IMG/VR virus record: IMGVR_UViG_3300038405_000273
DNA from: a virus
Reading direction: 5' to 3' (one strand)
DNA: 30,471 nt
Part shown: one piece after another, positions 15,901-23,955 of the stretch
Position numbering within the stretch: the first letter of the stretch is position 1
Layout: every line of letters starts with the position of its first letter
The notes under the pieces: model-generated
What the model was told of the DNA's origin: nothing
Database searches by the model: none
The model's input: the letters and a program-made list of their open reading frames with translations, nothing else
Made by a program: the position numbers and the translations under genes

Positions 15901-16801
15901 GCGGCTTGTAGGACGAGCGCTCCGGTTGCGGAGACGCCCACGGCGCAGCCGCCACCTGTACGGGTGGGCCGAACCACGGCTCGATCTCTTTATGGACACG
16001 CTGCGGTGCCGAGCGCTCTGTGCTTGTAGTCGGGAGCGCGACACGGACGGGCGGCTGGCTCCAAGGTTCGTCGATGCGCGGTGACTTCGGTGGTATTGCG
16101 CCGGCAGGTGTTGTGTCGAACCACGGATTGAGTGGTGGAACGAATACAGGCCACGACCAGGGCTCGTCGATCGGGCGAGGCTTCGCGTAGCTGCTGCGTT
16201 CCGGCTGCGGCGCTGCCCACGGTACCGCTGATATCTCGACGGGCGGCTGGCTCCAAGGCTCGCCTTCTCTATGAACCCGCGGCGACGTTCCTCGCTCTGT
16301 GCTTGTCGTGGGCGGAGCGAGTGCGATCGGAGGCTGCGTCCACGGCTCAATCTCACGATGCAGGCGTTGTGCTGCAGACCGGTCGCTACTGACCGTTGGC
16401 GGCACCAGCGCTAGCGGCGGCTGACTCCAAGGCTCCGGTATTGGTGGCGGTTTCGCGTACGTGCTGCGTTCGGGCTGAGGCGTCCACACCGCCGATCCCG
16501 CAAGCGGCGGCAAGCTCCAAGGTTCGTCAACGCGAGGAGCGCGGCTTGGCGTTCCGCGCTCTGTGCTTGTCGTGGGCGGGGCGAGTGCAAGTGGCGCAAA
16601 CCGCCAGTCTTCGATCGGCTGCGGAACGCGCGGCTGGACGGGACGATCAGGTGCAGCGCCAATCGCAAGCGCGACGACTACTGGCGCGAGCGCCCAGGCC
16701 GAGTTGGTGTCGGCAGCCCGCGGCGCCTGTGTGCGCGGCGTGGCGTTGAGCCAGCCCTTATCGGACTGGAGGTTCTGGCCTATTTGTTGGACGAGAGGCA
16801 C
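12977..16801 (-). CDS. 1274-aa Pro/Glu/Trp-rich tandem repeat protein
   Basis: Uninterrupted ORF of about 38 units of 29-33 aa ending E-x-W-x-x-P-P, with synonymous divergence between units and an acidic C-terminus. Confidence 0.85.
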   Translation of the reverse strand: MPLVQQIGQNLQSDKGWLNATPRTQAPRAADTNSAWALAPVVVALAIGAAPDRPVQPRVPQPIEDWRFAPLALAPPTTSTERGTPSRAPRVDEPWSLPPLAGSAVWTPQPERSTYAKPPPIPEPWSQPPLALVPPTVSSDRSAAQRLHREIEPWTQPPIALAPPTTSTERGTSPRVHREGEPWSQPPVEISAVPWAAPQPERSSYAKPRPIDEPWSWPVFVPPLNPWFDTTPAGAIPPKSPRIDEPWSQPPVRVALPTTSTERSAPQRVHKEIEPWFGPPVQVAAAPWASPQPERSSYKPPRQPDELWSQPPIAGSAAPFTPQPERSSYTKPPPIAEPWSQPPVETSASPWEEVENPERSTYVRALSIPEPWASPPIALAPPTVSTERGTPPRVHKEIEGWAQPAITVSSAPWTAPQPERSGYTKPRQPDEPWGLPPIALAPPTTSAERSAPPRVHKEVEAWLAPPLALTPPTVSTERGAPPRKFKEEEPWSQPPVETSASPWAAPSPERSTYGKPRPIDEPWAQPPVEESAAPWEEGENPERNTYAKPRPIDEPWVQPPIALAPPTTSIERGTPPRKFKEEEPWAQPPIDVSASPWAISSAERSPYAKPRQLDELWSQPPVAESAATWKEVENPERPTYRSPRQPDESWTAPPVRLTLPTTSSEVAQPQRKHREIEPWAQPPVTTSAAPWTAYQPERSTYGKPRPIDELWAQPPVEISAAPWEEVENPERSGYHPPRPIDEPWSAPPVALTPPTLSAERGAPARTHREIEAWAQPPVELSPAPWSAPSPERVAYVKPAAIAEPWALAPIEVSGAPFEEVENPERSSYKPPRQPDELWSQPPVALTPPTTSTERGTPSRVHKEIEPWSQPPVTGSPALWTAPQPERTGYTKPRPIDEPWSGRPISLTPPAISTERGTPPRVHHEIEPWAQLPAELSAAPWAAPQPERNAYSKPPPIAEPWSQPPIALAPPTTSTERGTPPRVHREVEPWSQPPIEVSASPWEEVENPERSSYKPPRQPDEVWGANPAALPAAPWALAQADASSYRPPRQPDELWTQPPAAVSGAPWTAPQPERASYVQRQPSESWALAPVVLPLQPSSTEQAQPQRKHREIEPWAQPPVAVSAAPFEEVENPERSTYAPPRQPAEPWCIEPFAASESTWDESTDPERGRYRVPRQPDEGWALAPFPPPVPPPPLLPSPFSPTWMTPPLPRRNNLFVVKWMARGWMTPPLEEGPEAPSVAATEPVVKAIEAQVDREKVEDELFEDELDEALDGDT
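13255..16700 (-). repeat. Degenerate coding tandem repeat (87-99 nt units, three variants)
   Basis: Recurring GGCGGCTGACTCCAAGGCTC-like and CGCTCTGTGCTTGTCGTGGGCGG-like blocks on the + strand. Confidence 0.85.
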
Positions 16802-16821
16802 AGCGCCTCAGCCGTCCAGCT

Positions 16822-17460
16822 CTACTGAGGAAGCTCCGCCCAGAACGCGGTTACATCAGCACCCATGGCGGTGCCTGTGTTGGACGCGCCGATGGCGATG
16901 AGCGTTCCAGGCTGTGCGATTACGAGACCAAGCGTAGGGTCGCCAGCTGGAAACACGTTCAAGCCCGCCGCTGCGCCTGTCACGCCGAGCGACGCGATGG
17001 CTGCAATGGCGTTGAGTGCTGACGAGCTGGTCATGGCCGTGTTCACGAAGGCCGTGGCAACCGAGCCGGACGTCTGAAGCGAGTACGCATTTCTTGGCGT
17101 CGTCGCAGTACCGGTCGGAAGCGTGCTCGGCCCGCCATACCAAATCCAATCTTGGGCGTTGTTCCCGGTGCCCGCCGTGCGGACGCCGACGCACGTACGC
17201 AATACGACGATGTCTTTGCCCGAGCCGGCAGGATTCATGATCCCGATCGCCGGGGTACCGCCCGCGCCGCCTGTGAATCCGGTCGGGTTGATATTGGCGG
17301 CTGCCGCGAAGTAGACGACACCCGCCTTCACGAGTGTGTAGAAGTCGGGCGCGGCTTTCGAGGACAGCAGCTCCGCCATGTATCCTTGCGGAAGGTTGGG
17401 GTTGCCCGAAGTCTGCTTCGCTCCGATCTGCAAGCCGCCGACTTGGCCTTGGATAATCAT
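16822..17460 (-). CDS. Gly/Ala/Thr-rich beta protein, paralogue 2 (putative structural)
   Basis: GGAG RBS; collinear with 17471-18112, and both end WAELPQ. Confidence 0.8.
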   Translation of the reverse strand: MIIQGQVGGLQIGAKQTSGNPNLPQGYMAELLSSKAAPDFYTLVKAGVVYFAAAANINPTGFTGGAGGTPAIGIMNPAGSGKDIVVLRTCVGVRTAGTGNNAQDWIWYGGPSTLPTGTATTPRNAYSLQTSGSVATAFVNTAMTSSSALNAIAAIASLGVTGAAAGLNVFPAGDPTLGLVIAQPGTLIAIGASNTGTAMGADVTAFWAELPQ

Positions 17461-17470
17461 CTGTGACTCC

Positions 17471-18112
17471 TCACTGCGGCAGCTCCGCCCAGTACACGGT
17501 GCAGTCGATCGACGCCGCCGTCGGGCCTGCTGAGCATCCGATCGCGATCAAGTTGCCGGGCTGCGCGATGATCAAGCCGGCGGGTTGATCGACTGCCTGG
17601 ATCGCGTTGCCTACTGCCGTCGAGCCGACCGTACCGATCGACAACAACGGGCAGATCGGGCTGAGCGCTGTCGATCCCGTCATCGCCGTGTTGAGAAATG
17701 CCGTGGCGACCGAGCCGCTCTGTGCAAGCGAGTAGCCGTTGCGCGGAACCGTAGCGGTGCCGGTTGGGAGCGCGCTTTGGCCGCCGTATGCGTTGAAGTC
17801 GATATTGACAGCGGCCGTCCCGGTCGTGCGTACGCCAATGCGTACTTGGAGCACTACGAGATCGCGAACCGAGCCGGCCGGGTTCATGATCCCGACGAGC
17901 GGCGTACCGCCGGCGCCGCCGGTGAACGCTGACGGGTTCGCAGCCGTGACCGTCGCGAAGAACCCGACGTTCGCCTTGAGCAGCGTGTAGAAGTCGGGGG
18001 CGACTGCGGACCAGAGCAAGTCCGCCATGAACCCCTGCGGGGCGTTCGGGTTGCCGCTCGCTTGCTTCAGCCCTGTCTGGAGCCCGCCAGCTTGTCCCTG
18101 GAGAATCGCCAC
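17471..18112 (-). CDS. Gly/Ala/Thr-rich beta protein, paralogue 1 (putative structural)
   Basis: Shares 'APDFYTL.KA', 'FTGGAGGTP..GIMNPAGS', 'LPTGTAT.PRN.YSL..SGSVATAF.NTAMT' and 'IAQPG.LIAIG' with its neighbour. Confidence 0.8.
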   Translation of the reverse strand: MAILQGQAGGLQTGLKQASGNPNAPQGFMADLLWSAVAPDFYTLLKANVGFFATVTAANPSAFTGGAGGTPLVGIMNPAGSVRDLVVLQVRIGVRTTGTAAVNIDFNAYGGQSALPTGTATVPRNGYSLAQSGSVATAFLNTAMTGSTALSPICPLLSIGTVGSTAVGNAIQAVDQPAGLIIAQPGNLIAIGCSAGPTAASIDCTVYWAELPQ

Positions 18113-18469
18113 CTAGACACCACCGACGCCGCTGTAGTTGTCGAGATCATCGTCGGACGGCTCGGTGCCAGGCGAGAGCGCGAGCACGATCAGGCGCAAG
18201 AGCACGGTGTGCCGGCGCGCCTCGATCAGGAGCAAGTCGAGCCTGTTGTTTTCCGCGGCGTTCAAGACAGGAAGGGCGTAGGCCCCGTCCTGGCCTTGCG
18301 GCGTGTCGACGACTGCCGCGCGTGAGCTGTTGCCTCCAATGACTACCCGCTCGCGCTTGTACGACGAAACGGTCCCTGTCGAAGCGGTCGTCGGATCGGT
18401 GACGATGGTGTCGTCCATGACGTCGCCGCCGACGCCTGGATTGAGGACTGTGGTGCTGTCGTTCGCCAT
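18113..18469 (-). CDS. Hypothetical phage-type protein
   Basis: Abuts the downstream GTG; N-terminus 'MANDSTTVLNPGVGGDV'. Confidence 0.7.
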   Translation of the reverse strand: MANDSTTVLNPGVGGDVMDDTIVTDPTTASTGTVSSYKRERVVIGGNSSRAAVVDTPQGQDGAYALPVLNAAENNRLDLLLIEARRHTVLLRLIVLALSPGTEPSDDDLDNYSGVGGV

Positions 18470-18473
18470 CAGC

Positions 18474-18734
18474 TCAGATGCCCACTTCGCGGAAGAACCG
18501 CCCGCGGTCTTCCATGCGTTTCAGCTTCTTGTCGAAGGGGTCGCAGCGCCCTGTCGCGCAGCACCGTCCGCACACCATCGACATGCACACGCGGCACATC
18601 CCGCCGAGATCGTCCGGCTTTGCTTTGTGCGGGACGCGCACCACGTTGTTGCAGTGCCCGCAGGTGAAGGTCTCGTGCTCCTCGACGCCGTTCGGGCCGG
18701 TGATCTGCACGAACCCGCGCTGGCGCCCTTGCAC
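18474..18734 (-). CDS. Cys-rich Zn-binding protein
   Basis: CGHC...CRVC...CGRCC...C; tight operon packing. Confidence 0.7.
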   Translation of the reverse strand: MQGRQRGFVQITGPNGVEEHETFTCGHCNNVVRVPHKAKPDDLGGMCRVCMSMVCGRCCATGRCDPFDKKLKRMEDRGRFFREVGI

Positions 18735-18737
18735 GAG

Positions 18738-18947
18738 CTACTTCCGGCTTGTGTCGAGCTTCGTCGGGTTCAGCAGGATCGCGACGGCCCCCGCCTTCGG
18801 TTTGTCGGTCGGGCAGACCATGACGGCGAGCAGCGTCTCCGAGCCGCCGTTTCTGGTCGCCACGACCGTGAGCTGCTCCCAGTCGGCGAGCTTTTCGGGC
18901 GTCTTGGTCTCGTCGACCTCGACGCCGCAGCCGCTGCACTTCGTCAC
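18738..18947 (-). CDS. Small Zn-ribbon-like protein
   Basis: CSGC...VCP; GTGA overlap with the upstream gene. Confidence 0.6.
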   Translation of the reverse strand: MTKCSGCGVEVDETKTPEKLADWEQLTVVATRNGGSETLLAVMVCPTDKPKAGAVAILLNPTKLDTSRK

Positions 18948-19387
18948 TGCAGGACCTTGGCGTCGACGATGACCGTGCTCGCGCCGCCGAGCAGGTTCAG
19001 GAGCCAGCCGGCGCCATTCGCCGCGGTCGCTGGAAGGATGATTTCGGCGCGCTGGTCGTAGGCGACCCAGCGGAACGTGGCGCGCGGGTTGGCGCCGTAG
19101 TCGTCGATGGGGTTGCCTGTGTACGTCGGCTCCACGGTCGCGTTCGAGCCGGCGATGACGGTCGCAGCCGGATCGTTCGGATCGGTGGACTGAGGGGTCA
19201 CGGCGGTCGTGGTACCAGCAGCCGTGAAACGCTTGAGTTGGATCTCATACGAGGCGTCCGAGTTCGGCGCGCCGGTCGTTGACGACTTGTACTCGATGAT
19301 CCGAGGCCGGATGGCGGCCGTCGAGGTGATCACGAGTGCGGTCTTGGCCGATGCGGTCTGCGTTCCTTGCGCTGCGTATACCGACAT
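18944..19387 (-). CDS. Beta-rich 147-aa putative structural protein
   Basis: GAGAGGG RBS, good codon bias, first gene of the reverse operon. Confidence 0.75.
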   Translation of the reverse strand: MSVYAAQGTQTASAKTALVITSTAAIRPRIIEYKSSTTGAPNSDASYEIQLKRFTAAGTTTAVTPQSTDPNDPAATVIAGSNATVEPTYTGNPIDDYGANPRATFRWVAYDQRAEIILPATAANGAGWLLNLLGGASTVIVDAKVLQ

Positions 19388-19408
19388 GGTGTGCCCTCTC
19401 TAGAAACC

Positions 19409-19438
19409 ACTGTATCGCACAGGTCTTGACATGGTCAA
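19409..19438 (-). promoter_or_regulatory. Promoter TTGACC-N18-TACAGT
   Basis: The -35 lies within the inverted repeat TTGAC-ATG-GTCAA; positioned to drive the 19387-12977 operon. Confidence 0.6.
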
Positions 19439-19478
19439 CTCGTTGGACGGCCTATAGAAATCGGTATACTCTCGCGAC

Positions 19479-19844
19479 ATGGCCGAGAAAGACGAGGAGC
19501 CCAAACGCTGGGGCCCCGTCGAGATGCTACTCACCGTGCTTGCGACGCTGGGCGGTGTGGCGATCGGCGCGTGGATCTTCTACTTGGCCAGCAATCGCCG
19601 CGAGGCCCGGCCAGCGTTCGCTGCGCACGCCCCGATGCCGACGGTTGATCTCAGCCCGCAGATCGCGCAGATCCGCGCGTTGCTCCGTGCAGCGAACAAA
19701 GGGGCGCCGGGGGACGCCGCCGCCGCCATCGGAATGCTCGACGCACTTGAACAGACGTACGGCTATGAGGCGGTGGCGTCGGTTTGCAATCCGGAGAAGC
19801 TTCGCGGGCTGGCTGCCAAGGTTCAAGCGCGCTTGGCGAGCTGA
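19479..19844 (+). CDS. Membrane-anchored helical protein
   Basis: N-terminal TM; TATACT (19465-19470) lies 8 nt before the ATG. Confidence 0.7.
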   Translation: MAEKDEEPKRWGPVEMLLTVLATLGGVAIGAWIFYLASNRREARPAFAAHAPMPTVDLSPQIAQIRALLRAANKGAPGDAAAAIGMLDALEQTYGYEAVASVCNPEKLRGLAAKVQARLAS

Positions 19845-19864
19845 AACCTGCGGCCATCCGCGAT

Positions 19865-19894
19865 TTGACTGCCTGCGCACCGCGGACCTATCAT
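19865..19894 (+). promoter_or_regulatory. Leaderless promoter TTGACT-N18-TATCAT, 7 nt to ATG(19902)
   Basis: Near-consensus hexamers and no RBS. Confidence 0.7.
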
Positions 19895-19901
19895 CGTCCC
19901 C

Positions 19902-20402
19902 ATGAGCGTCGGCCTCTCTCCCGGTCTCGAAGCGATGATCACGCAGCTCGCGCCATTCGTGCAGCGCTTGAAGCTGGGGCTCGACTCGATTTTGAATCAG
20001 CCGTTCATTCGCCAGCCGTACTCCCTGCCGCTCGCGCAGAGCCAAGTGGTTCCGGCCGGTTCGAATGGAGTGGCGCTGAACAGCACGTCGTTCAGCTACA
20101 ACTTCGAGTGGCCATTCGAGGTGTGGGCGGTGAAGTTCTCGCAGGACATCTCGCACACGTTTCGCGACTGGCGCGTGAATTTTCAGGACCAGACGTTCCA
20201 GCAGCCGCTCCAGAAAAACTCGTCGCTGGTGGCCGATCTCGTCGACGACAACACGGGGAAGTGGGAGTGGAAATTCCCGTGGATCATTCGCCCGAAGGGC
20301 GGCGGTATGAACGTGTTCGTCGACAACCTCGACGCGGTGAACCCGATCACCGTTGACCTGTCGTTCCTCGGGTACCAGCTCATTCCGAAGCAAGGGCAGT
20401 AA
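19902..20402 (+). CDS. Candidate small major capsid protein (166 aa, single-jelly-roll-like)
   Basis: N-terminal helix then about eight strands, ending 'FPWIIRPKGGGMNVFVDNLDAVNPITVDLSFLGYQL'; strong codon bias. The fold is inferred. Confidence 0.55.
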   Translation: MSVGLSPGLEAMITQLAPFVQRLKLGLDSILNQPFIRQPYSLPLAQSQVVPAGSNGVALNSTSFSYNFEWPFEVWAVKFSQDISHTFRDWRVNFQDQTFQQPLQKNSSLVADLVDDNTGKWEWKFPWIIRPKGGGMNVFVDNLDAVNPITVDLSFLGYQLIPKQGQ

Positions 20403-20411
20403 GCACGCAAG

Positions 20412-20840
20412 ATGGTCGTCGGGAATCCAGGTCCGGGTATTGTCGGCGTGCGGGCCACGCCGGCTTTCACGCCGACCCCGAACAACGAGCCGATGGGCGC
20501 GCTCACAGGGGCGCCCGTCCGGACCACGCTTCGGAGCTACCAGATCATCCCGGCGAGCGCCGTCGGACAGGGCGGCCGCGAGGCCACGCTGATCGTCCCA
20601 CCGACAGCCTCCAATCGTGTGGCAATTCTGCTCGCACCGCTCGTCGCGTTTCGCATCTACATTGGCGGTTCGGGCGTCACGCCGCAAACAGGCTTCGCGC
20701 TTCCGCAGGGGCAGCCGTACGAGACGATCCTGCCCGGCCTCCAAGAGATCTACGCGGTCACCGACGCTCCGATCTACCTGGCGCTGCAGGTGCAGGTAGC
20801 TCCGATTCTCTACGCCGAGCAACAGCGCAAAGTGGGGTGA
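20412..20840 (+). CDS. Small beta-sandwich virion protein (vertex/spike-like)
   Basis: The pattern 'IYIGGSGVTPQTGFALPQG....L.....IYAV' resembles small viral beta-sandwich proteins. Confidence 0.55.
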   Translation: MVVGNPGPGIVGVRATPAFTPTPNNEPMGALTGAPVRTTLRSYQIIPASAVGQGGREATLIVPPTASNRVAILLAPLVAFRIYIGGSGVTPQTGFALPQGQPYETILPGLQEIYAVTDAPIYLALQVQVAPILYAEQQRKVG

Positions 20841-20846
20841 GACGCC

Positions 20847-21401
20847 GTGCTGCCGCTCGCGCTGCTCGCGATGGCGGGGCTGATGGCGGCCGCGGTCAAG
20901 CTCACCGGCGGCCCGAACGCGGCACGGGTAGCAGCGAATCTCGGCTGGCCTGTGACCTACATCCAGTACGCCGTACAGGCCGCGCGCAAGTATGGTGTGC
21001 CTTGGCAGTGGGTGCTCGCCACGATCATTGTCGAGTCGAGCGGCAACCCGCGCGCAGCCGGCGACGCAGACGGACGAAGCGTCGGGCTCATGCAGGTGAA
21101 CGTCGTCGCGAACAACCTTCCGCGTGAAAGCTTGTTCGACCCCAAGACGAACATCGACTGGGGGACCAAGCTCATGGCGCAATTCGTGGCGCAGATTCGC
21201 GGCGCGCTCGGCGGGCGCACGCCGCCGATCCCGCTGGACGAGATCATGCGCCTTTCGTACAAGGGCCCAGCAACCGTGCTGGCCGCGCTCCGTCGAGGAG
21301 AGAATCCAGCCGCCATCTCGTGGGCGCCAACAGCGCTGCAGAACTGGCGTGCTGCGATGGCGCGCGTGCAGGCTGCAAGCGGCAAGGGGGCAATCGCTTA
21401 G
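20847..21401 (+). CDS. Lytic transglycosylase (SLT domain) with N-terminal membrane anchor
   Basis: 'AARKYGVP..WVLATIIVESSGNPRA' (catalytic Glu), 'VGLMQV' and 'LFDPKTNIDWGT'. Confidence 0.9.
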   Translation: MLPLALLAMAGLMAAAVKLTGGPNAARVAANLGWPVTYIQYAVQAARKYGVPWQWVLATIIVESSGNPRAAGDADGRSVGLMQVNVVANNLPRESLFDPKTNIDWGTKLMAQFVAQIRGALGGRTPPIPLDEIMRLSYKGPATVLAALRRGENPAAISWAPTALQNWRAAMARVQAASGKGAIA

Positions 21402-21595
21402 CGCGAGGCACTATCCAGCTGGCGCAACGCCTCGTCGATCACGGCTGCAAGCGTTGGTAGATCGTCACGCGACGCGCCGAGGCTCTGCCAACCCCCTTGT
21501 GATGCACGCGCGGCCAAGCGCTTGAGCCGTTCGTAGGCTACAGGGGACACGCGCACAGGCTGTGCTACTTGTCGCTTTGTATCCTTCGCGCGCAA
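21398..21595 (-). CDS. RHH-like DNA-binding protein
   Basis: 'QPVRVSPVAYERLKRLA....TLAAVIDEALRQL'. Confidence 0.55.
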   Translation of the reverse strand: MRAKDTKRQVAQPVRVSPVAYERLKRLAARASQGGWQSLGASRDDLPTLAAVIDEALRQLDSASR

Positions 21596-21861
21596 GCGCG
21601 AGCCTCCCAGTATTTTCGTAGTGCGCGCTCGCCGTTCTTCGTGCGAATTCCAGTGGCGGCTTTTTGGTCGTCGAGCACGCGCAAGCTCTTGTCACCTGCT
21701 GCGAGCAGTTCGCGGCACTGTGGATACCGATTTGCGTTCCAGGTTTCTACTGCGAGCTTTCGCGCCGTGTATGCCTCTTCCCCGACGGAGACCAAGCATT
21801 CGTTTTGCTCTGTCTTCGCCCATGACGGCGCGAGCGGTTCAGGTCTTTGGTGGCGCGGCAT
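21565..21861 (-). CDS. Hypothetical protein
   Basis: Preceded by TTGCTC-N17-TAAGCT (21870-21898), 8 nt before the ATG. Confidence 0.55.
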   Translation of the reverse strand: MPRHQRPEPLAPSWAKTEQNECLVSVGEEAYTARKLAVETWNANRYPQCRELLAAGDKSLRVLDDQKAATGIRTKNGERALRKYWEARACARRIQSDK

Positions 21862-21924
21862 CTTTATTTAGCTTATAGCGTGCTACGCGCATGAGCAAGC
21901 AAGGCACTTGCGAACGCTCGCGTT

Positions 21925-21954
21925 TTGACCAGCTCCCGGCCGACAGTGTAGGCT
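21925..21954 (+). promoter_or_regulatory. Leaderless promoter TTGACC-N18-TAGGCT, 7 nt to ATG(21962)
   Basis: Matches the class geometry. Confidence 0.65.
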
Positions 21955-21961
21955 GGAAGCC

Positions 21962-22429
21962 ATGATCACGCGGACCTACGTCGTCAAGATGCCCACGAGC
22001 AGCCCGACGACGCCGCTCGATATTCTCGTGACGAACAGCCCTGGCACCCAGGCTGCACCAGTTGTCGCTGGCACGGATGGCGCCTACTATGAGTGGCTCG
22101 GACGGCCGCTGCGCGTCCCAGTGCTGGCCGCCGCCGGCGCGTCCGGCGGGTTCGTGCCGCGCCTCGCGCTCGGCTTCCTCGTGTCGATCACGCGCATCGC
22201 AGCCGCCATCGTCACGGACCTGCCAGGCGTGCAGCTCTCGCAGTCGTTGGCGAGTCTGGCGAGCACGGACGGCGGGCCGACGATCAGCATTCCGCTGCTG
22301 GCCGACCCGAACGGGAATCCGGCCATTCGGCTCGTGGGTGGCGCCAATACGGCGGGCGACTACTTCGTGGTCACGCTCATGTGCCCCGAGGCGAAGGACG
22401 TCGATCGCGATTCGGCGGCGGGGTCGTAA
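21962..22429 (+). CDS. Beta-rich putative structural protein
   Basis: Own promoter; strand-like pattern. Confidence 0.65.
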   Translation: MITRTYVVKMPTSSPTTPLDILVTNSPGTQAAPVVAGTDGAYYEWLGRPLRVPVLAAAGASGGFVPRLALGFLVSITRIAAAIVTDLPGVQLSQSLASLASTDGGPTISIPLLADPNGNPAIRLVGGANTAGDYFVVTLMCPEAKDVDRDSAAGS

Positions 22430-22433
22430 GCGG

Positions 22434-22715
22434 ATGGCGCGGCGACGAGACGCGGAGAACATCCGCGCATGCATCATTCCCAAAGGGAAGTCTTTGGGAG
22501 ATCGTCGATATGCGTACAAGAACTGGTGGTGCATGTCGTCGGCGGAGCGTGAACAGGCGCGAAACATGTACCCATACAACACGCCCGGCATTCCTGACTC
22601 GGCGTATGCCTACCCGATCGATGCGCGCGGACGGCTCGCGCAGGGGCGTGCACGTCGAACGCTGACGTGGGGCTTGAAGCGCGTGATGAAGCGAACCGCG
22701 CGGGAGCGTACCTGA
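22434..22715 (+). CDS. Basic hypothetical protein (93 aa)
   Basis: ATG 4 nt after the upstream stop; Arg-rich termini. Confidence 0.6.
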   Translation: MARRRDAENIRACIIPKGKSLGDRRYAYKNWWCMSSAEREQARNMYPYNTPGIPDSAYAYPIDARGRLAQGRARRTLTWGLKRVMKRTARERT

Positions 22716-22716
22716 G

Positions 22717-23166
22717 ATGATCCGCTCCGCGCAGCTCGGCGCTGGCTACGCCATCGCGCCGTACAAGCCAGCGCTCCCCGACTACTATCGAGTCCCCGGC
22801 TCGAACGTCGTCGAAGCGCATGCGGGCAACACCGTCGTCCGTGCGCCGTGGCTCGTCACGCGGGAGGCCGAGGCTGGCTCAGGATGGCCGGAGGACCTCT
22901 CGAACATGATGTTCACGCAGAACGGCCAGCTCGTGCCTGCGACGAGCGCAACGCGTGACATGTTCCGCGGCGCCGGCGACGTGGCAGTGCCGACCGGCCG
23001 TGCCATGCGCGTCGGCGGCTTCCACGACGTCGTGCGCACGCTCGTTCCCGCGGCCGCGATGTTCGCAGGCGGCTATGCCGGGTATCGGATGAGTGACGGC
23101 CACAAGGGGTGGGGCGCGCTCAGCGGCGCCGTCGTCGGAGGAATCCTCGGGCTGATCTTCAGGTGA
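22717..23166 (+). CDS. Membrane protein with two C-terminal Gly-zipper helices
   Basis: 'AAMFAGGYAGY' and 'GWGALSGAVVGGILGLIF'. Confidence 0.7.
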   Translation: MIRSAQLGAGYAIAPYKPALPDYYRVPGSNVVEAHAGNTVVRAPWLVTREAEAGSGWPEDLSNMMFTQNGQLVPATSATRDMFRGAGDVAVPTGRAMRVGGFHDVVRTLVPAAAMFAGGYAGYRMSDGHKGWGALSGAVVGGILGLIFR

Positions 23167-23169
23167 GCC

Positions 23170-23760
23170 GTGATCGACGAGGCCGGCCGCCAAATCATCC
23201 TGGAACGTAACGGGCAGGCGCCCTACCAGCAGCTCGGCGCGCTCATCAACACGCCGTGGGCGATCCGCAACGAGATGGAGACGGTGAATCGCCTCGTCGA
23301 CTCGCTCGGCGTCACGGTGAACGCGTCGCCGAAGCTGTCCAAGAGCCTGGTCCGGCAGTTCTCCGACTTCTGGAACGAGTGGAAAGCGTTCTACGCCAAC
23401 AACCAGTCGTTGACGGCGCGGTTCTTCGAAGGCTCGTACGACCAGACGCTTGCGTACCGCGACCGTGCGATGCAGTGGCAGGCTCGGCTCAAGAAAGCAG
23501 GAGCTGACGTCACGCCCGATCAGATCGTGCCGCCGTCGAGCGGAAGCAAGACGCTGACGTACATCGGCATCGGTGCAGTCGTGCTCGTCGGACTGTTCAT
23601 CGCGGGCAAGCTCGTGCACACGATCATGCTCGGCGATGGAGAGCTACAAGGCGCGAAAAAATCGCGCTCGGATCGTTCGTGGACGTTGCGGGCGGCCGAG
23701 CGTGCTGCCATCGCTATCATGGCGCGTCGTCGGATCAAGCAGCCCGGGCGGCGATCGTAG
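23170..23760 (+). CDS. Helical membrane protein with basic tail
   Basis: Amphipathic helices, TM 'YIGIGAVVLVGLFIAG', Arg-rich C-terminus. Confidence 0.7.
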   Translation: MIDEAGRQIILERNGQAPYQQLGALINTPWAIRNEMETVNRLVDSLGVTVNASPKLSKSLVRQFSDFWNEWKAFYANNQSLTARFFEGSYDQTLAYRDRAMQWQARLKKAGADVTPDQIVPPSSGSKTLTYIGIGAVVLVGLFIAGKLVHTIMLGDGELQGAKKSRSDRSWTLRAAERAAIAIMARRRIKQPGRRS

Positions 23761-23772
23761 TAGGATTTATCC

Positions 23773-23952
23773 ATGAGCCAATTCGGACAGCCCCCTTCCA
23801 AGTCAAACGCCGGCGTCGCAGCCGCCGTGCTGGGAAGCCTCGCGGCCATTGGCGGCGCCGTCGCGATCGCGGCTGCGTCGCGCGGGAAGCCTGCACCACG
23901 GCTCGGCCGCGCACGTGCACCCTTGAAGAAGCCTTGCGGCTGCGGACGGTGA
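23773..23952 (+). CDS. 59-aa membrane protein ending KKPCGCGR (not in the ORF track)
   Basis: AGGA RBS. Sequence MSQFGQPPSKSNAGVAAAVLGSLAAIGGAVAIAAASRGKPAPRLGRARAPLKKPCGCGR fills the operon gap. Confidence 0.7.
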   Translation: MSQFGQPPSKSNAGVAAAVLGSLAAIGGAVAIAAASRGKPAPRLGRARAPLKKPCGCGR

Positions 23953-23955
23953 GCC

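Noticed and set aside
13255-16700. CRISPR array
   Set aside because: The repeats are degenerate at synonymous positions, have lengths that are multiples of three, lie in one ORF, and lack unique spacers or cas genes.
16822-18112. Diversity-generating retroelement template/variable repeat pair
   Set aside because: Both copies are full ORFs with differences at all base types, and there is no reverse transcriptase in the window.
19527-21182. 551-aa reverse-strand ORF, and similar long ORFs at 4828-5874, 5848-6711, 2463-3314, 13174-14070 and 24899-25870
   Set aside because: These are Arg-rich antisense or frame shadows of well-supported genes, expected in GC-rich DNA.
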